Source: Planctomycetota bacterium
Lineage (GTDB): Bacteria; Planctomycetota; MHYJ01; JACQXL01; JACRIJ01
Assembly: GCA_016220095.1 (NCBI GenBank)
Contig: JACRIJ010000104.1
Span: 1,763-65,762, forward strand
Length of the DNA: 64,000 nucleotides
Direction: 5' to 3'
Shown here: positions 1-10,600 of the stretch, one piece after another
Layout: each line of letters starts with the position of its first letter
Position numbering within the stretch: the stretch's first letter is position 1
The notes under the pieces: generated by a model
Database searches by the model: none
Seen by the model: only the letters and a program-made list of their open reading frames with translations
Told to the model about the DNA's origin: nothing
Translations under genes and position numbers: made by a program

Positions 1-846
1 CTCAGCGGCCCCATAAATATTCATTGCGACCATTCGGACGTCATGGGCATGCGGGACGCGGGATGGATAATTATTTTCGCGGAAAATACCCAGGAAGCAT
101 ACGATAATACCGTGCAGGCATTCCGCATCGCGGAACACAAAAACGTGCTTCTCCCCATAGCAGTGTGCTTTGACGGGTTTATCATAAGTCATACCCAGGA
201 AATCCTGCAGATGCTTGACGATGCCGAGGTTAAAAAATTCGTGGGCGAATACCAGCCCGCGTACAGCCTTCTTGATACGGACCACCCGGTTACGGTGGGG
301 CCGCTCGCACTGCCCGATTATTATTTTGAATGCAAGCGCCAGCAGATTGAAGGAATGAAAAACGCCATGTCCGTTATAGAAGAAATCGGCGTGGAATACG
401 GAAAACTTTCCGGCCGCGCTTACGGGCATTTTGAGACGTATAAACTTGAAGATGCCGAGACCGTGCTTGTCGGGGCCGGTTCCACGATGGGTACCGCGAG
501 AATGGCCGTGGACAGCCTTCGCGCGAAAGGCAAGAAAGTTGGATTGTTAAAAATACGCACCTTCAGGCCGTTCCCGGCGGACGCCATCAGGAAAGCGCTT
601 GGCAACGCGAAGACCATTGGCGTTCTTGACCGCGCCGTTAGTTTCGGCATGGAAGGCGGCCCGATATTTTCCGAGATACGCTCCGTGCTGTTCGGCAAAA
701 AAATAAACCTGAAAAGCTATATATACGGCCTCGGCGGCCGGGATATATTCCCGCATCAGATTGAAGACGTGTTTGCCGAAATGGAACGCGTAACAAAAGA
801 CGGCAATGCCGGGACAACAGAAAACTACATCGGGTTAAGGGAATAA
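1..846 (+). CDS. porA: Pyruvate:ferredoxin oxidoreductase alpha subunit, 5'-partial
   Basis: Frame open from base 1 (LSGPINIHCDHSDVM); QEAYD, DGFIISH, RTFRPFP and YGLGGRD motifs; adjacent to the beta subunit. Confidence 0.92.
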   Translation, partial: LSGPINIHCDHSDVMGMRDAGWIIIFAENTQEAYDNTVQAFRIAEHKNVLLPIAVCFDGFIISHTQEILQMLDDAEVKKFVGEYQPAYSLLDTDHPVTVGPLALPDYYFECKRQQIEGMKNAMSVIEEIGVEYGKLSGRAYGHFETYKLEDAETVLVGAGSTMGTARMAVDSLRAKGKKVGLLKIRTFRPFPADAIRKALGNAKTIGVLDRAVSFGMEGGPIFSEIRSVLFGKKINLKSYIYGLGGRDIFPHQIEDVFAEMERVTKDGNAGTTENYIGLRE

Positions 847-864
847 TTTTTGGAGATAAAATTT

Positions 865-1803
865 ATGGCATTAAAAAGCTTGAAAGAATATTCGGCTCAA
901 TCAGGATTGCTGGCCGGAGGCCACAGGGCGTGCTCGGGATGCCCGGCCCCTACGGCCATCAGGATGGCGCTTAACGCGGCTGATACAAAAGACATCGTCG
1001 TCGCTTTTTCAACCGGATGCATGGAAGTGGTTACCACCATCTATCCGTTCACCGCGTGGAAAATACCCTATATCCACAGCGCCTTTGAAAACGTGGCCGC
1101 CACAATAAGCGGCGTGGAAACCGCCTATAACGCGCTTAAGGCAAAAGGGAAAATCACCAGAGATATAAAATTCATGGCATGGGGCGGCGACGGCGGCACG
1201 TATGACATAGGGCTTCAGTCGCTTTCAGGCGCTCTTGAAAGGGGCCACAGGTATCTGCATATATGTTATGATAACGAAGGTTATATGAATACCGGAATCC
1301 AAAGGTCCGGTTCTACGCCTAAAGGAGCGGAAACCAATACAAGCCAGATAGGCTCTGTACAGAAAGGTAAACAACAGCAGAAAAAAGACCTGACCGCTAT
1401 CGTAATCGCGCATCATATACCTTATGTAGCGCAGGCATCCGTCCACAACTGGAAGGATTTTATGACAAAAGTCCAGAAAGGCCTTGCCGTAAAAGACGGT
1501 CCGGCATTCATAAACGTGCTCGCGCCCTGCCATCGCGGCTGGAGAGTCGCGGAAGACGAAGGGTTTGAATATGCCCGTCTCGCTGTGGAAACCTGCACCT
1601 GGCATATGTTTGAAGTGGAAAACGGCAAATTAACCATAAATTATAAACCGAAAACAAAATTGCCCGTCCAGGATTACCTGCTTAAACAGGGCCGGTTCAG
1701 GCACCTGAATGACCCCGCAAACGCCGCGTTGGTAGCGGAAATACAGGCGGATGTGGATAAAAAATGGCAGGAATTGCTGGATAAAGAGTCAAAGAGCCTG
1801 TGA
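865..1803 (+). CDS. porB: Pyruvate:ferredoxin oxidoreductase beta subunit (TPP-binding)
   Basis: GHRACSGC and GGDGGTYDIG...YDNEGYMNTGIQRS TPP motif; ATG 865 follows GGAG. Confidence 0.93.
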   Translation: MALKSLKEYSAQSGLLAGGHRACSGCPAPTAIRMALNAADTKDIVVAFSTGCMEVVTTIYPFTAWKIPYIHSAFENVAATISGVETAYNALKAKGKITRDIKFMAWGGDGGTYDIGLQSLSGALERGHRYLHICYDNEGYMNTGIQRSGSTPKGAETNTSQIGSVQKGKQQQKKDLTAIVIAHHIPYVAQASVHNWKDFMTKVQKGLAVKDGPAFINVLAPCHRGWRVAEDEGFEYARLAVETCTWHMFEVENGKLTINYKPKTKLPVQDYLLKQGRFRHLNDPANAALVAEIQADVDKKWQELLDKESKSL

Positions 1804-1890
1804 GTCCGGGGCTTGGAGTCTGGAGCGAAAGAAGAAGAATGAAGGACGTTATCCTAGATCCGATACCCGGGTCCCGGACGCCGGATTCCG
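1804..1890. repeat. Degenerate 7-nt tandem repeat element (GAAGAAT / CCGGxxx family)
   Basis: gagtccggggcttggagtctggag...gaagaagaatgaaggacgtt...cccgggtcccggacgccggattccg; similar to 13690-13830, 14026-14064 and 38550-38612. Confidence 0.6.
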
Positions 1891-1938
1891 TTTAAACTTG
1901 CCGTGCTTTGGCGCATGGCGGAAACCGTGCGAGCGTTA

Positions 1939-1987
1939 GCGATACTGCGATTCCTGCGAACCGCAACGATACTGCGGTTACTGCGTT
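1939..1987. repeat. Degenerate ~9-nt tandem array (GATACTGCG)
   Basis: gcgatactgcgattcctgcgaaccgcaacgatactgcggttactgcg. Confidence 0.55.
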
Positions 1988-2026
1988 TTAAGCAAACCAT
2001 GGCTTTCATGTCCAACGTGTTTTAAA

Positions 2027-2054
2027 TTGACTATACATTTCTTTATGCTATAAT
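2027..2054 (+). promoter_or_regulatory. Sigma-70 promoter with extended -10, probably giving a leaderless mRNA
   Basis: TTGACT-N16-TATAAT with TG upstream of -10; ATG 7 nt after -10; no SD. Confidence 0.7.
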
Positions 2055-2061
2055 ACGCAAT

Positions 2062-3537
2062 ATGAACAAACATATTGCGCTGAAAATCATTATACCGGTT
2101 GTGATCGCCGTAACCATGATAATAGTCGGCGCTACGTATTTCATCCTGAAAAACCATGCCAAAATGCTGATGGAAAAAACCAAAACAAACAATATGTTCT
2201 GGGGAAATCTTATAACCGTTCAGCTTGAAAAATCCATGCTGTCCGGTAAAAGGCAGGATGTGCAGGAAATGCTGATAGCCATCGGCAAATCTCCGGATAT
2301 CGTTAACATTAATGTTATAGATAACGAAGGTACAATCAAATTTTCATCTTCTCCCGAAACTATCGGGAGCCAAATAACCCCTAAAGAAAATGAAGACATA
2401 AAAACGCTTGTAAATAACTCCGGTTATTCCGCGTTTGCGGAACAAAAAGCGATTTTCCGGTTCGCAAGGAATTTTACAAATCATTCGGATTGCATGGCCT
2501 GCCATGACTCATCGCAAAAAATACTCGGCACGCTGAAAATAGACATGTCTCTCAAGCAGATTAAAGCCGACCTGGATTCCAATTATAAGACTATAAGCGC
2601 CTTCGCCCTTGTTTCCATAGTTTTTATCTCCGCCCTGCTCTCATTCCTTGTGCTGTATCTGGTTAACAGGCCTATTTCCAAACTTATTTCGGCAATGGAT
2701 GAAATTGAACGCGGCAGGCTTTCCGCCCGGGCCGAAATCCTTAATTTGGACGAAATAGGTATACTTGCACAACATTTTAATTCCATGGTGGAAAGCCTGG
2801 AAAAAGCCAAAAAAGAACTGCAGTCACAGCACGAAGCGCAGTTGTTCCATATGGACAAACTTGCTTCTCTTGGCGAGATAGCGCTCGGTATGGCGCACGA
2901 AATAAAAAATCCCCTTGCCAGCATCGGGGCCGCCGTGCAGGTTATTTCCGAATCCGGCACGTTTGACCACAAGCACGATGCCATTGTGCAGGAAATACTC
3001 ATGCAAATCAGGCGGCTTGATAAAACCATCAAAGACCTCCTGCTGTTTGCGAGGCCTTCTGAACCCTACTTCATCAAGGCCGGCGTAACCGAAGTCATAA
3101 ACCGTTCAATCCTGCTCATAAAAAACCAGGCTGAAAACCAGCGTATCGTCATTGAAACGGATTTTGACGGCCCTGCAAAAGAGCCGATAATGCTTGACCC
3201 TGAACAGCTTCAGCAGGTTTTTATGAATATACTCCTGAACAGCATACAGGCAATGCCTGACGGAGGCTTGATCAGGATTGCGGCGCACGAGGCGAAAGAC
3301 GGGTTTATAAACATAACGTTTTCAGATACCGGAAAAGGAGTGACGGAAGAAAATTCAGATAAGATTTTCGTGCCGTTTTTTACAACCAAACCGCAGGGAA
3401 CCGGCCTGGGATTATCCATCGCAAGGAATATCGTCAATAAACACCAGGGGAAAATATTTCTGGAAAACCGGTTTGGGACGGGATGCACCTTCAGAATACT
3501 ATTGCCCGGAATAAAAAATAAAGGAGGAGACAGATGA
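2062..3537 (+). CDS. Membrane sensor histidine kinase with a periplasmic heme-c motif, HAMP, HisKA and HATPase domains
   Basis: Two TM segments flank CMACH; AHEIKNPL H-box; DTGKG and GTGLGL boxes. Confidence 0.92.
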   Translation: MNKHIALKIIIPVVIAVTMIIVGATYFILKNHAKMLMEKTKTNNMFWGNLITVQLEKSMLSGKRQDVQEMLIAIGKSPDIVNINVIDNEGTIKFSSSPETIGSQITPKENEDIKTLVNNSGYSAFAEQKAIFRFARNFTNHSDCMACHDSSQKILGTLKIDMSLKQIKADLDSNYKTISAFALVSIVFISALLSFLVLYLVNRPISKLISAMDEIERGRLSARAEILNLDEIGILAQHFNSMVESLEKAKKELQSQHEAQLFHMDKLASLGEIALGMAHEIKNPLASIGAAVQVISESGTFDHKHDAIVQEILMQIRRLDKTIKDLLLFARPSEPYFIKAGVTEVINRSILLIKNQAENQRIVIETDFDGPAKEPIMLDPEQLQQVFMNILLNSIQAMPDGGLIRIAAHEAKDGFINITFSDTGKGVTEENSDKIFVPFFTTKPQGTGLGLSIARNIVNKHQGKIFLENRFGTGCTFRILLPGIKNKGGDR

Positions 3538-4913
3538 GTAAAGGCAAGATTCTTGTAGTGGATGACGAACACCTGATAAGATGGTCGCTGACGGAAAAAC
3601 TTCAGCATGAAGATTACGAAGTCAAATCCGCCGGAACCGGCGAAGATGCCCTGAAAGAAGTGGCGGAAGACCTTCCCGACATGATACTTCTGGATATCAA
3701 ACTCCCCGGCATTGACGGCATGGAAGTTCTTGAAAAAGTCAAGCAGTCCCATCCGGATACAATCGTTATCATGATTACCGCGCACGGCATCATTCCGCAA
3801 ACCGTTCAGGCGCTGAAACTCGGGGCGTATAATTACATAACCAAACCATTTGACATGAACGAACTTATCGTAACCATAAACAACGCCTTTGAAGTAGTTG
3901 CCCTGCGAAGGGATGTCAATAAGTACAGGAGCGAGGAAAGCAAGAGGTATTCAATAGAAAACATCGTCGGCAAACACCACCACATGCAGGAACTTTTTTC
4001 CATGCTGCACAAGGTTATTAGTTCGGATACGACTTCGGTGCTCCTGCAGGGCGAGACCGGCACGGGAAAAGACCTCGTGGCAAAGACCATACATTATTCG
4101 AGCGCACGCCGCAATAAGCCGTTCATAGAAGTTAATTGCGCGACCCTTCCCGAAAATCTTTTTGAAAGCGAATTGTTCGGTTACGAAAAAGGCGCTTTTA
4201 CGGATGCCAAGACGCAGAAAAAAGGCCTGTTTGAACTCGCGGACGGCGGAAGCGTCTATCTGGACGAAATAGGCGATATGCCGCTTTCCATGCAGGCAAA
4301 ACTATTGAAGTTGATAGAAGATAAAACGTTCAAACGCCTCGGCGGAATAAAGGATATTAAAGTAAACGTCCGCGTTATCGCGGCAACCAATAAGGACCTT
4401 TCCGCGGCCGTGGAAAAGGACGTTTTCAGGAAGGACCTCTTCTTCCGCCTGAAGGTTTTTCCGATTATGATTGTGCCGCTCAGAGACCGCAAGAGCGATA
4501 TCCCACTGCTGATTCAGCATTTTCTCGGCCAGATAAACATGGAGTACAAAAAGAAAATGAAAGGCGTTACGCCGGAAGCAATAGATGTTTTTCTTAAATA
4601 CCACTGGCCCGGCAACGTCAGGGAATTGAAAAACATCCTGGAGAGAACGGTTATTCTTGCTGAAAAAGACGAAATAACCACCTTCCATTTGCCGTCGGAA
4701 ATGTTCCTTCCGCCGCCTGAAGAAACTGCGGATGGTGAAAATGTCATAAAAATTCCTGATTCCGGCGTGTCTCTTGAAGAGGTTGAAAAAAAGCTCATTA
4801 TCCAGTCGCTCGCAATGACCGAAAACAACCAGACCCAGGCCGCAAAACTCCTTAATATCTCCCGCGATACCCTGAGATATAGGTTGAAAAAATACAGGAT
4901 AGGAAATGAATAG
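3534..4913 (+). CDS. Sigma-54-dependent NtrC-family response regulator
   Basis: REC domain, GETGTGKD Walker A, GAFTDA loop, WPGNVREL, Fis-type HTH; 4-bp overlap with the kinase. Confidence 0.95.
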   Translation: MSKGKILVVDDEHLIRWSLTEKLQHEDYEVKSAGTGEDALKEVAEDLPDMILLDIKLPGIDGMEVLEKVKQSHPDTIVIMITAHGIIPQTVQALKLGAYNYITKPFDMNELIVTINNAFEVVALRRDVNKYRSEESKRYSIENIVGKHHHMQELFSMLHKVISSDTTSVLLQGETGTGKDLVAKTIHYSSARRNKPFIEVNCATLPENLFESELFGYEKGAFTDAKTQKKGLFELADGGSVYLDEIGDMPLSMQAKLLKLIEDKTFKRLGGIKDIKVNVRVIAATNKDLSAAVEKDVFRKDLFFRLKVFPIMIVPLRDRKSDIPLLIQHFLGQINMEYKKKMKGVTPEAIDVFLKYHWPGNVRELKNILERTVILAEKDEITTFHLPSEMFLPPPEETADGENVIKIPDSGVSLEEVEKKLIIQSLAMTENNQTQAAKLLNISRDTLRYRLKKYRIGNE

Positions 4914-5158
4914 GATTGAAGATTCTAAGATTAAAAGATTAGAAGATTACGGAAGATTGCGGGAGATGGCAAAATTACTGGTAATGCTTAAGCTATTTGA
5001 AATAATTCCCCCCTCCCTTAATGGGAGGAGGTATGGGGGGAGGGTGAAAAATATATTCACCCAGTCCTTCTCCCGCAATCTTCCGTAATCTTTGAATCTT
5101 TCGCACTCTTCCGCAATCTTGTAATCTTAGAATCTTGTAATCTTAGAATCTTTGAATC
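4914..5158. repeat. Head-to-head 8-nt arrays (xxAAGATT, then AATCTTxx) enclosing REP-like palindromes
   Basis: gattgaagattctaagattaaaagattagaagatt ... aatcttgtaatcttagaatcttgtaatcttagaatc; between them ccccctccctt..gggagg and gggtgaaaaatatattcaccc. Confidence 0.75.
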
Positions 5159-5165
5159 GTCTTAT

Positions 5166-7406
5166 CTACTTGTACAACGCTTCCTTAATAACGCCCTTCT
5201 CAAGGTCTATGCCGCATGAAAAACTCATCTTAGGGTTTCCGGGAGTTGAATACCGTTTCCAGGCCGTATTATTTCCCGGCGCGCCCCAGCCTTCCGGCAG
5301 TTCCATTTGCGGTATAATGTAGGTGTCATTGCCGCCTACGTCTATGAACATCGCGGCATTGAACATGTCATAACGTCCACTGCTTATATCCGCGTTCTGC
5401 ATGCACCATCCGAACGCGTCCTTCGTGTAAAATTCGTACGTGTCGTCCCCGCCGATATTAATAAAGACGCCGAATGAATTATTTATCGCTGCTCCGGTCA
5501 TCGTGCCGCCTATGCCGGCCTTCTTGCCGGTATTTTCTACGCTCTGCTCGCCTTTTTCGTTTACCCAACTCCATGACGAAACCAGGTCATTGCCCGCCTT
5601 GTCTATAAAAAACGATACGGAATAATCGTGCGCGCCTCCCTGCGAAATAGCCTTCCATACGTGATAACTGTCATCGCCCTCTTCGTCATACAGCATCGTC
5701 AATCCCATATGCGCGGTGCCGGATTGCACGAAAAAAGAGCCTTCATAATGGTCGTTGCCGGCCTTGTCGTGCAGGATTCCCGTGCCGTACCAGTATCCGG
5801 TTGCCTGTCCGTAAACGCCGCATTCGTAATGGTCATCGCCTGCGAGGTCCTGCAATACGCCTGTGCCGCCGGCCATGGAATGCCCGCCGAAAATGTCCCC
5901 GCGCTGGCCCCATCCCGCGCCCTGGCAGAAACTGTAATTGCGCAGGTTGTCGTGGCCGAGCGTTGCGGCATGGACGAGTTTGTATGGTTCGGCAACGTAT
6001 CTATCGTTCCCGCCCGTGTCTATGAGGCATCCGTAACCGCCTGTAAAACCAAAACCCTGGCTTGTGTAATAGGCGTAATATGAATCGTTGCCGCCTATCT
6101 TGACAAGATTGGCTATGCCGAAAGACGCGGAACCCTGAACGCACGTGTGCCCCTTGAAATCGTCGTCCCCGCCGTACGCCCATAAAATGCCGACCCCGAA
6201 ATAACACATCCCCTGCGCGTTATTGGTTGCTTCAAATTTGTCATTGCCGTTATTGTCAAAGAGAAAACCGTATCCCAATATTCCCGCACCCTGCGCGCAA
6301 GGCGTTTTCTCGTCGGCAATGTAGTGGTCATCTCCGGCCGTGTCAATGACGGTTGAAATGAAATGGTCTAAACTGCCTGTAGCACCCGCGGCGCCCCGGT
6401 AAGTATCGTTTCCAAAAGTGTCAATTATCAGGAAGTACTCTTCCCCTCTGTACGCGTTATTGTCGTTTGCGGAATTGAATCCTGCCTTGCCAAGCGGGGT
6501 ATTAAATTCCAGCGTAATTCCGGATATGTCAATTTTTTCGGACGCGCCGCCTTTTTCTTTCGCCGGTATTTCCGGATTTGCAAGGAATTTCCGCATCTCT
6601 GCGGCGCCTCTGAACGCGAATGCCGCGCCCGTATAAAAATCGTCATAATCAATAGCCTGACCGAGTTCCCAATTGATGAGCGATCCGTCCACGAATTCTT
6701 CAGGCGGATTTTCATCGTCAATGGTGAAACTTTTTACTGCGTAATTGAACGCATGCGACAGCTTGTCTTTGGGATAATTGCGCAAGGCCCTGTCGCGGTA
6801 ATATTTTGCCTCCGCGGCGCTCAGGAGAACGAATGCCAATTGCTTCTGCAGTTCCATCGGTACGTTCTCAAGCGCCTTATCAAGGGCTGATTTTTCTTCG
6901 GCGGAAAAATCCGCATCGCAGTCCTTATACAGTTCCGCAAGCGCGGACTGCAGGGGTTTTTCTTCAGAGGGTTTTAATTCCGGTATGTATTCCGGACGCG
7001 AAGCCGCCCTGTGGCCCGTTTGTATCTGGGAAAATCCGAAGAGCTTAAAAGCGTCTTTTTCTTCAGCGCAGGCCTTGTCCTGGAAATCCGTCAGGCGGTA
7101 AACATATTTGGGGAATTCGTACGGATTTTTCCAGTAGCGCAGGAAATGGAGCTGGAGCATGGCCTGCTGGTTTGCGAGTATCTCAAGGCCGTCCGGGATA
7201 TAGCGCGCGGTTTCGCGGGTGAACCCTTCCTGTTCAAGTATGTATCCTATCACGTCGTCCGGTTCGGGTTGCGCAGTAGGCGTGTTTTCAGCCGGGGCAG
7301 GAATTGCGGCAGGCGCTTTTTTCTCCGGCAGGGTTTCGTCCTGCGCCGAACAGCCGAAAAACGGCAATAGGATGCAGATGCTTAATAATAATATGCGATT
7401 CTTCAT
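5166..7406 (-). CDS. Hypothetical lipoprotein with many DxxGxDxY / QG-A-G repeats (possible Ca-binding beta-solenoid)
   Basis: Lipobox FFGC; repeated DTFGNDTY, DTAGDDHY, DTGGNDRY, DKAGNDHY. Confidence 0.75.
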   Translation of the reverse strand: MKNRILLLSICILLPFFGCSAQDETLPEKKAPAAIPAPAENTPTAQPEPDDVIGYILEQEGFTRETARYIPDGLEILANQQAMLQLHFLRYWKNPYEFPKYVYRLTDFQDKACAEEKDAFKLFGFSQIQTGHRAASRPEYIPELKPSEEKPLQSALAELYKDCDADFSAEEKSALDKALENVPMELQKQLAFVLLSAAEAKYYRDRALRNYPKDKLSHAFNYAVKSFTIDDENPPEEFVDGSLINWELGQAIDYDDFYTGAAFAFRGAAEMRKFLANPEIPAKEKGGASEKIDISGITLEFNTPLGKAGFNSANDNNAYRGEEYFLIIDTFGNDTYRGAAGATGSLDHFISTVIDTAGDDHYIADEKTPCAQGAGILGYGFLFDNNGNDKFEATNNAQGMCYFGVGILWAYGGDDDFKGHTCVQGSASFGIANLVKIGGNDSYYAYYTSQGFGFTGGYGCLIDTGGNDRYVAEPYKLVHAATLGHDNLRNYSFCQGAGWGQRGDIFGGHSMAGGTGVLQDLAGDDHYECGVYGQATGYWYGTGILHDKAGNDHYEGSFFVQSGTAHMGLTMLYDEEGDDSYHVWKAISQGGAHDYSVSFFIDKAGNDLVSSWSWVNEKGEQSVENTGKKAGIGGTMTGAAINNSFGVFINIGGDDTYEFYTKDAFGWCMQNADISSGRYDMFNAAMFIDVGGNDTYIIPQMELPEGWGAPGNNTAWKRYSTPGNPKMSFSCGIDLEKGVIKEALYK

Positions 7407-7421
7407 ACTATACACCTCCAG

Positions 7422-7511
7422 GGATTACGGATTACAAGATTCTAAGATTCTAAGATTCCAAGATTTAAGGATTCTAAGATTAGAAGATTGCAGATTAGAA
7501 GATTGAGAAGA
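7422..7511. repeat. 8-nt tandem array (CTAAGATT family)
   Basis: gattacaagattctaagattctaagattccaagatttaaggattctaagattagaagatt. Confidence 0.8.
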
Positions 7512-7672
7512 TGCGTCGATATTTCCGCTTCTCACGTTTCAATTCGCACTTCTTGTCTAATAATGACTGTTTTTGTGCAATAAATCAATAAAAAAAGAAA
7601 CATTCTATTGACATTTCAAAAGCTTTATGGTATTTAATAGAATAATGTGATTTTTAAGGAAAGAGGTTTTTC

Positions 7673-10600
7673 ATGAATAACAGGGTAAACATAAGTACGG
7701 TGTTTGCAATAATTATATTGGCAATTCTATCTTCCGTCATCGTCTGCGGTAATTCATCGGGGCCGAAAGACGAAACTATTGCACAGCCGGCTTCTTCGCC
7801 CCTTACGGATTCCAAACCGCACTTCCTGAATGACATTATTTCAGCCGTTGCTTCGCCTGTCATCTCCATAAAGAAAGGCGATGTAAATAATGATAATGCC
7901 GAGGATATCCTTCTGTCCACCTTAAATAACGAAGTCTTCTCCATCATTAACCAACAGGACGGTACTTATGTGGCAAAAAATATCACCCCCCCCCCTGCGT
8001 CTAATCTAACTACCAACTACAAATTACCCTCTCACACACAAAATCCATCTAAAACAGAATTTGATTCAATCCCTCCTATTAAAAAGCCGCAATTAACCTG
8101 CTTTGATACGGGCGATATCAATAAGGACGGCTATAATGATTTAATTACAGCATACGCCGGAATTGATACCGATACCTGCGATACCCCGGTAAAAATCCTT
8201 ACCGGCAATTCAACCGGAGATTACACGAACATTACCGCATCTGCCTTGCCGTTTCTGGATATACCGGTGCCGGTCAGGATTAAATTGGCTGACGTTAATG
8301 CGGATAGCTATCCGGATATTATAATAACGTCCCCGGGCAAGGCAAAGATTGATCCTTACGGCATCAAAACCGTTGACCAGCGCAAGAATTACGTGCTGAC
8401 TAATTCCGGCACAGGTAAATTCACAGACAATACTGTTGAACTTTTCGGCTTGGATTTTGCTGATACCCCGGCAATAGACATACAGACGGGTAATTTTGAT
8501 GAAGACGGCCAAACCGACCTGCTTTTGCTCAGTCCCCAAGGGAATATAGTATATATAAGAAATAGCGCCGGTATTTTTGCAGGCGTATCATATAATAAAC
8601 CGGTAGTTCCGAGTTTCGTAGAAGATAAAACAGTCGTAACGGATATAGATAACAACGGGAAAAAAGACGTCCTGAAAATAGACCGGGGCAAGATTGCAAT
8701 AATATACAATCCGCCGGACGGCATGTTTCAAAAACCGCTGACTCAAAACGGTGATAAACAGTCAACCGCCTTCTTTTCTCCATGGCAATATAATATCACA
8801 GGCCCGAACGGCAAGGATTATGCCGCCATAACGCAAATCGGCCAGGTGGTATATTTTGAATTGGATTCAATTCTGCCGGATTACGTATACGGAAATATCA
8901 AGGTAAAATTTGACCCTGCAAGATTAAGATGCATAAGCATAGAAGAAGATCCGAATAACTGGTACGGGTTCTGGACATGGTGGACCCCGGCAACCGGAAT
9001 GCCGGAATATGGCGGGGGCGGGACATACTATAATTATGACGACAACGGCAAGGGCTCGGATTGGGCTCAAACCTGGGTGTCCTGGTACGGCCCGGGACAT
9101 GCCGGCCCTGTGGGCACGTATGATAATGCTACAGGTGTTATAAGGCTATACACAAGCACACCGGCGGGATACAGCTACACATCACCGCTGAGGATAGGAT
9201 TTGAGGTTTTACAAACCGGTTTAACGGAATTTTCAGTACAGTCAAATGACTTCACGGCGTATGACTGGCAGAATCTGGATGCGGGTTGGCAGTCTTCGGT
9301 AGAAATAGTGCAGTTAGACCAGTGCATTACGAATGAAGACGCGGGCAAAAATGTAAGGGTAAAGATATGCGGCCCTGCGCAGGCATCACCCGGCGAAAGA
9401 TACATAATAGCCACATGGGGGCAGTTGATAGCGCCGCAGTGGTCGCCCGGATGGAATATCTATGCGTATGAACTGTACGAAAATGGCATATTGATAGACG
9501 GCAATGGCTTTAACTGGGGCGAAACGAAAAGCGGAAGCTATGATTTCACAAAGACCCAGCCTGGAAGTTATACGTACATGTTCCGCATGGGCGACAGAAA
9601 CGGCGCGCATGGATATACGTGGGTAGAAGCATCGTTAACGGTTGTTGTAGGCACGCCTGTAACGATATTTGCAGATGAATTTGTACCTATAGACACGGCA
9701 GGCGCAACGGCTGAATTGTATGCAGACGTTCAGCCGCCGTCATTATTAGACGGAGCAACTTATTACTGGAGAATCGCATCCGGACCCGGCGGCGTATTCA
9801 CGGAAACATCCTCACAGACTTCAGAATTTATTCCAAACGACATAGGAGTAACAACGGTAGAGTTTGTTTTGCAGACAGCCGGAGGCACGGAATATATTGC
9901 CGGCACGGATATAACGGCATGGGATCTTGTAATAACAAACGCAGATATTATTACAACGTTAAGCAAACCGCTTGCTCAATCTGCAAGCAATAATATTTTA
10001 CAGGAACCATCTAACGGCAACGAAATTAGTGAAGCCGTAATTGCCGTAAACGAAGAACAGTATAAGAATCTGAATATTTTCAGTATAGATTTTGGAGATT
10101 ATAAGAATTTTACGTTTTTCACAGATTCTGCAAATACTGATATTGTTAAAATTGACATCGATAAAACAACAATACCACCTACTTTAAAGATTAAGGGATT
10201 AAAAAAAGGAGGGGCTACAATATATGTTAGAGTTACGGATCCCGAAACTCATTCCGACACAACCACGACAGTTCTAAAAGTATTCGTTATAGGCAGTACA
10301 TCAAGTGATACAGGTAATGGAATTGGTCAGAACCAAATAACGATAGTGCCGGACACAAAATATCTAAAAACTGGTGAAACACGAAACTACAAGGCATATA
10401 AAATCGTTGAGGGCAAAGCCCAATTGGCTACTAAAGGCATAAAATGGGAATTAACGCCCAAAAACGGAGCGGCAACAATGACAGAGTATCCAAATGACAC
10501 ATCTACTGTAACGATAAATGGAAATAATGTAGGAAATTGCAATCTGAAATGCAATGGCAGTGCTGGTGTTCAACAAAAAGAACCCGAAAAGGGAAAAGGT

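Noticed and set aside
4906-5088. Small ORFs over repeat tracts (also 1751-1939, 7219-7506, 55381-55734)
   Set aside because: They are translations of low-complexity repeats
7422-7511. CRISPR array in the short-repeat tracts (also 4914, 21336, 45180)
   Set aside because: Units are 6-10 nt with no 25-45 nt repeats or unique spacers, and there are no cas genes
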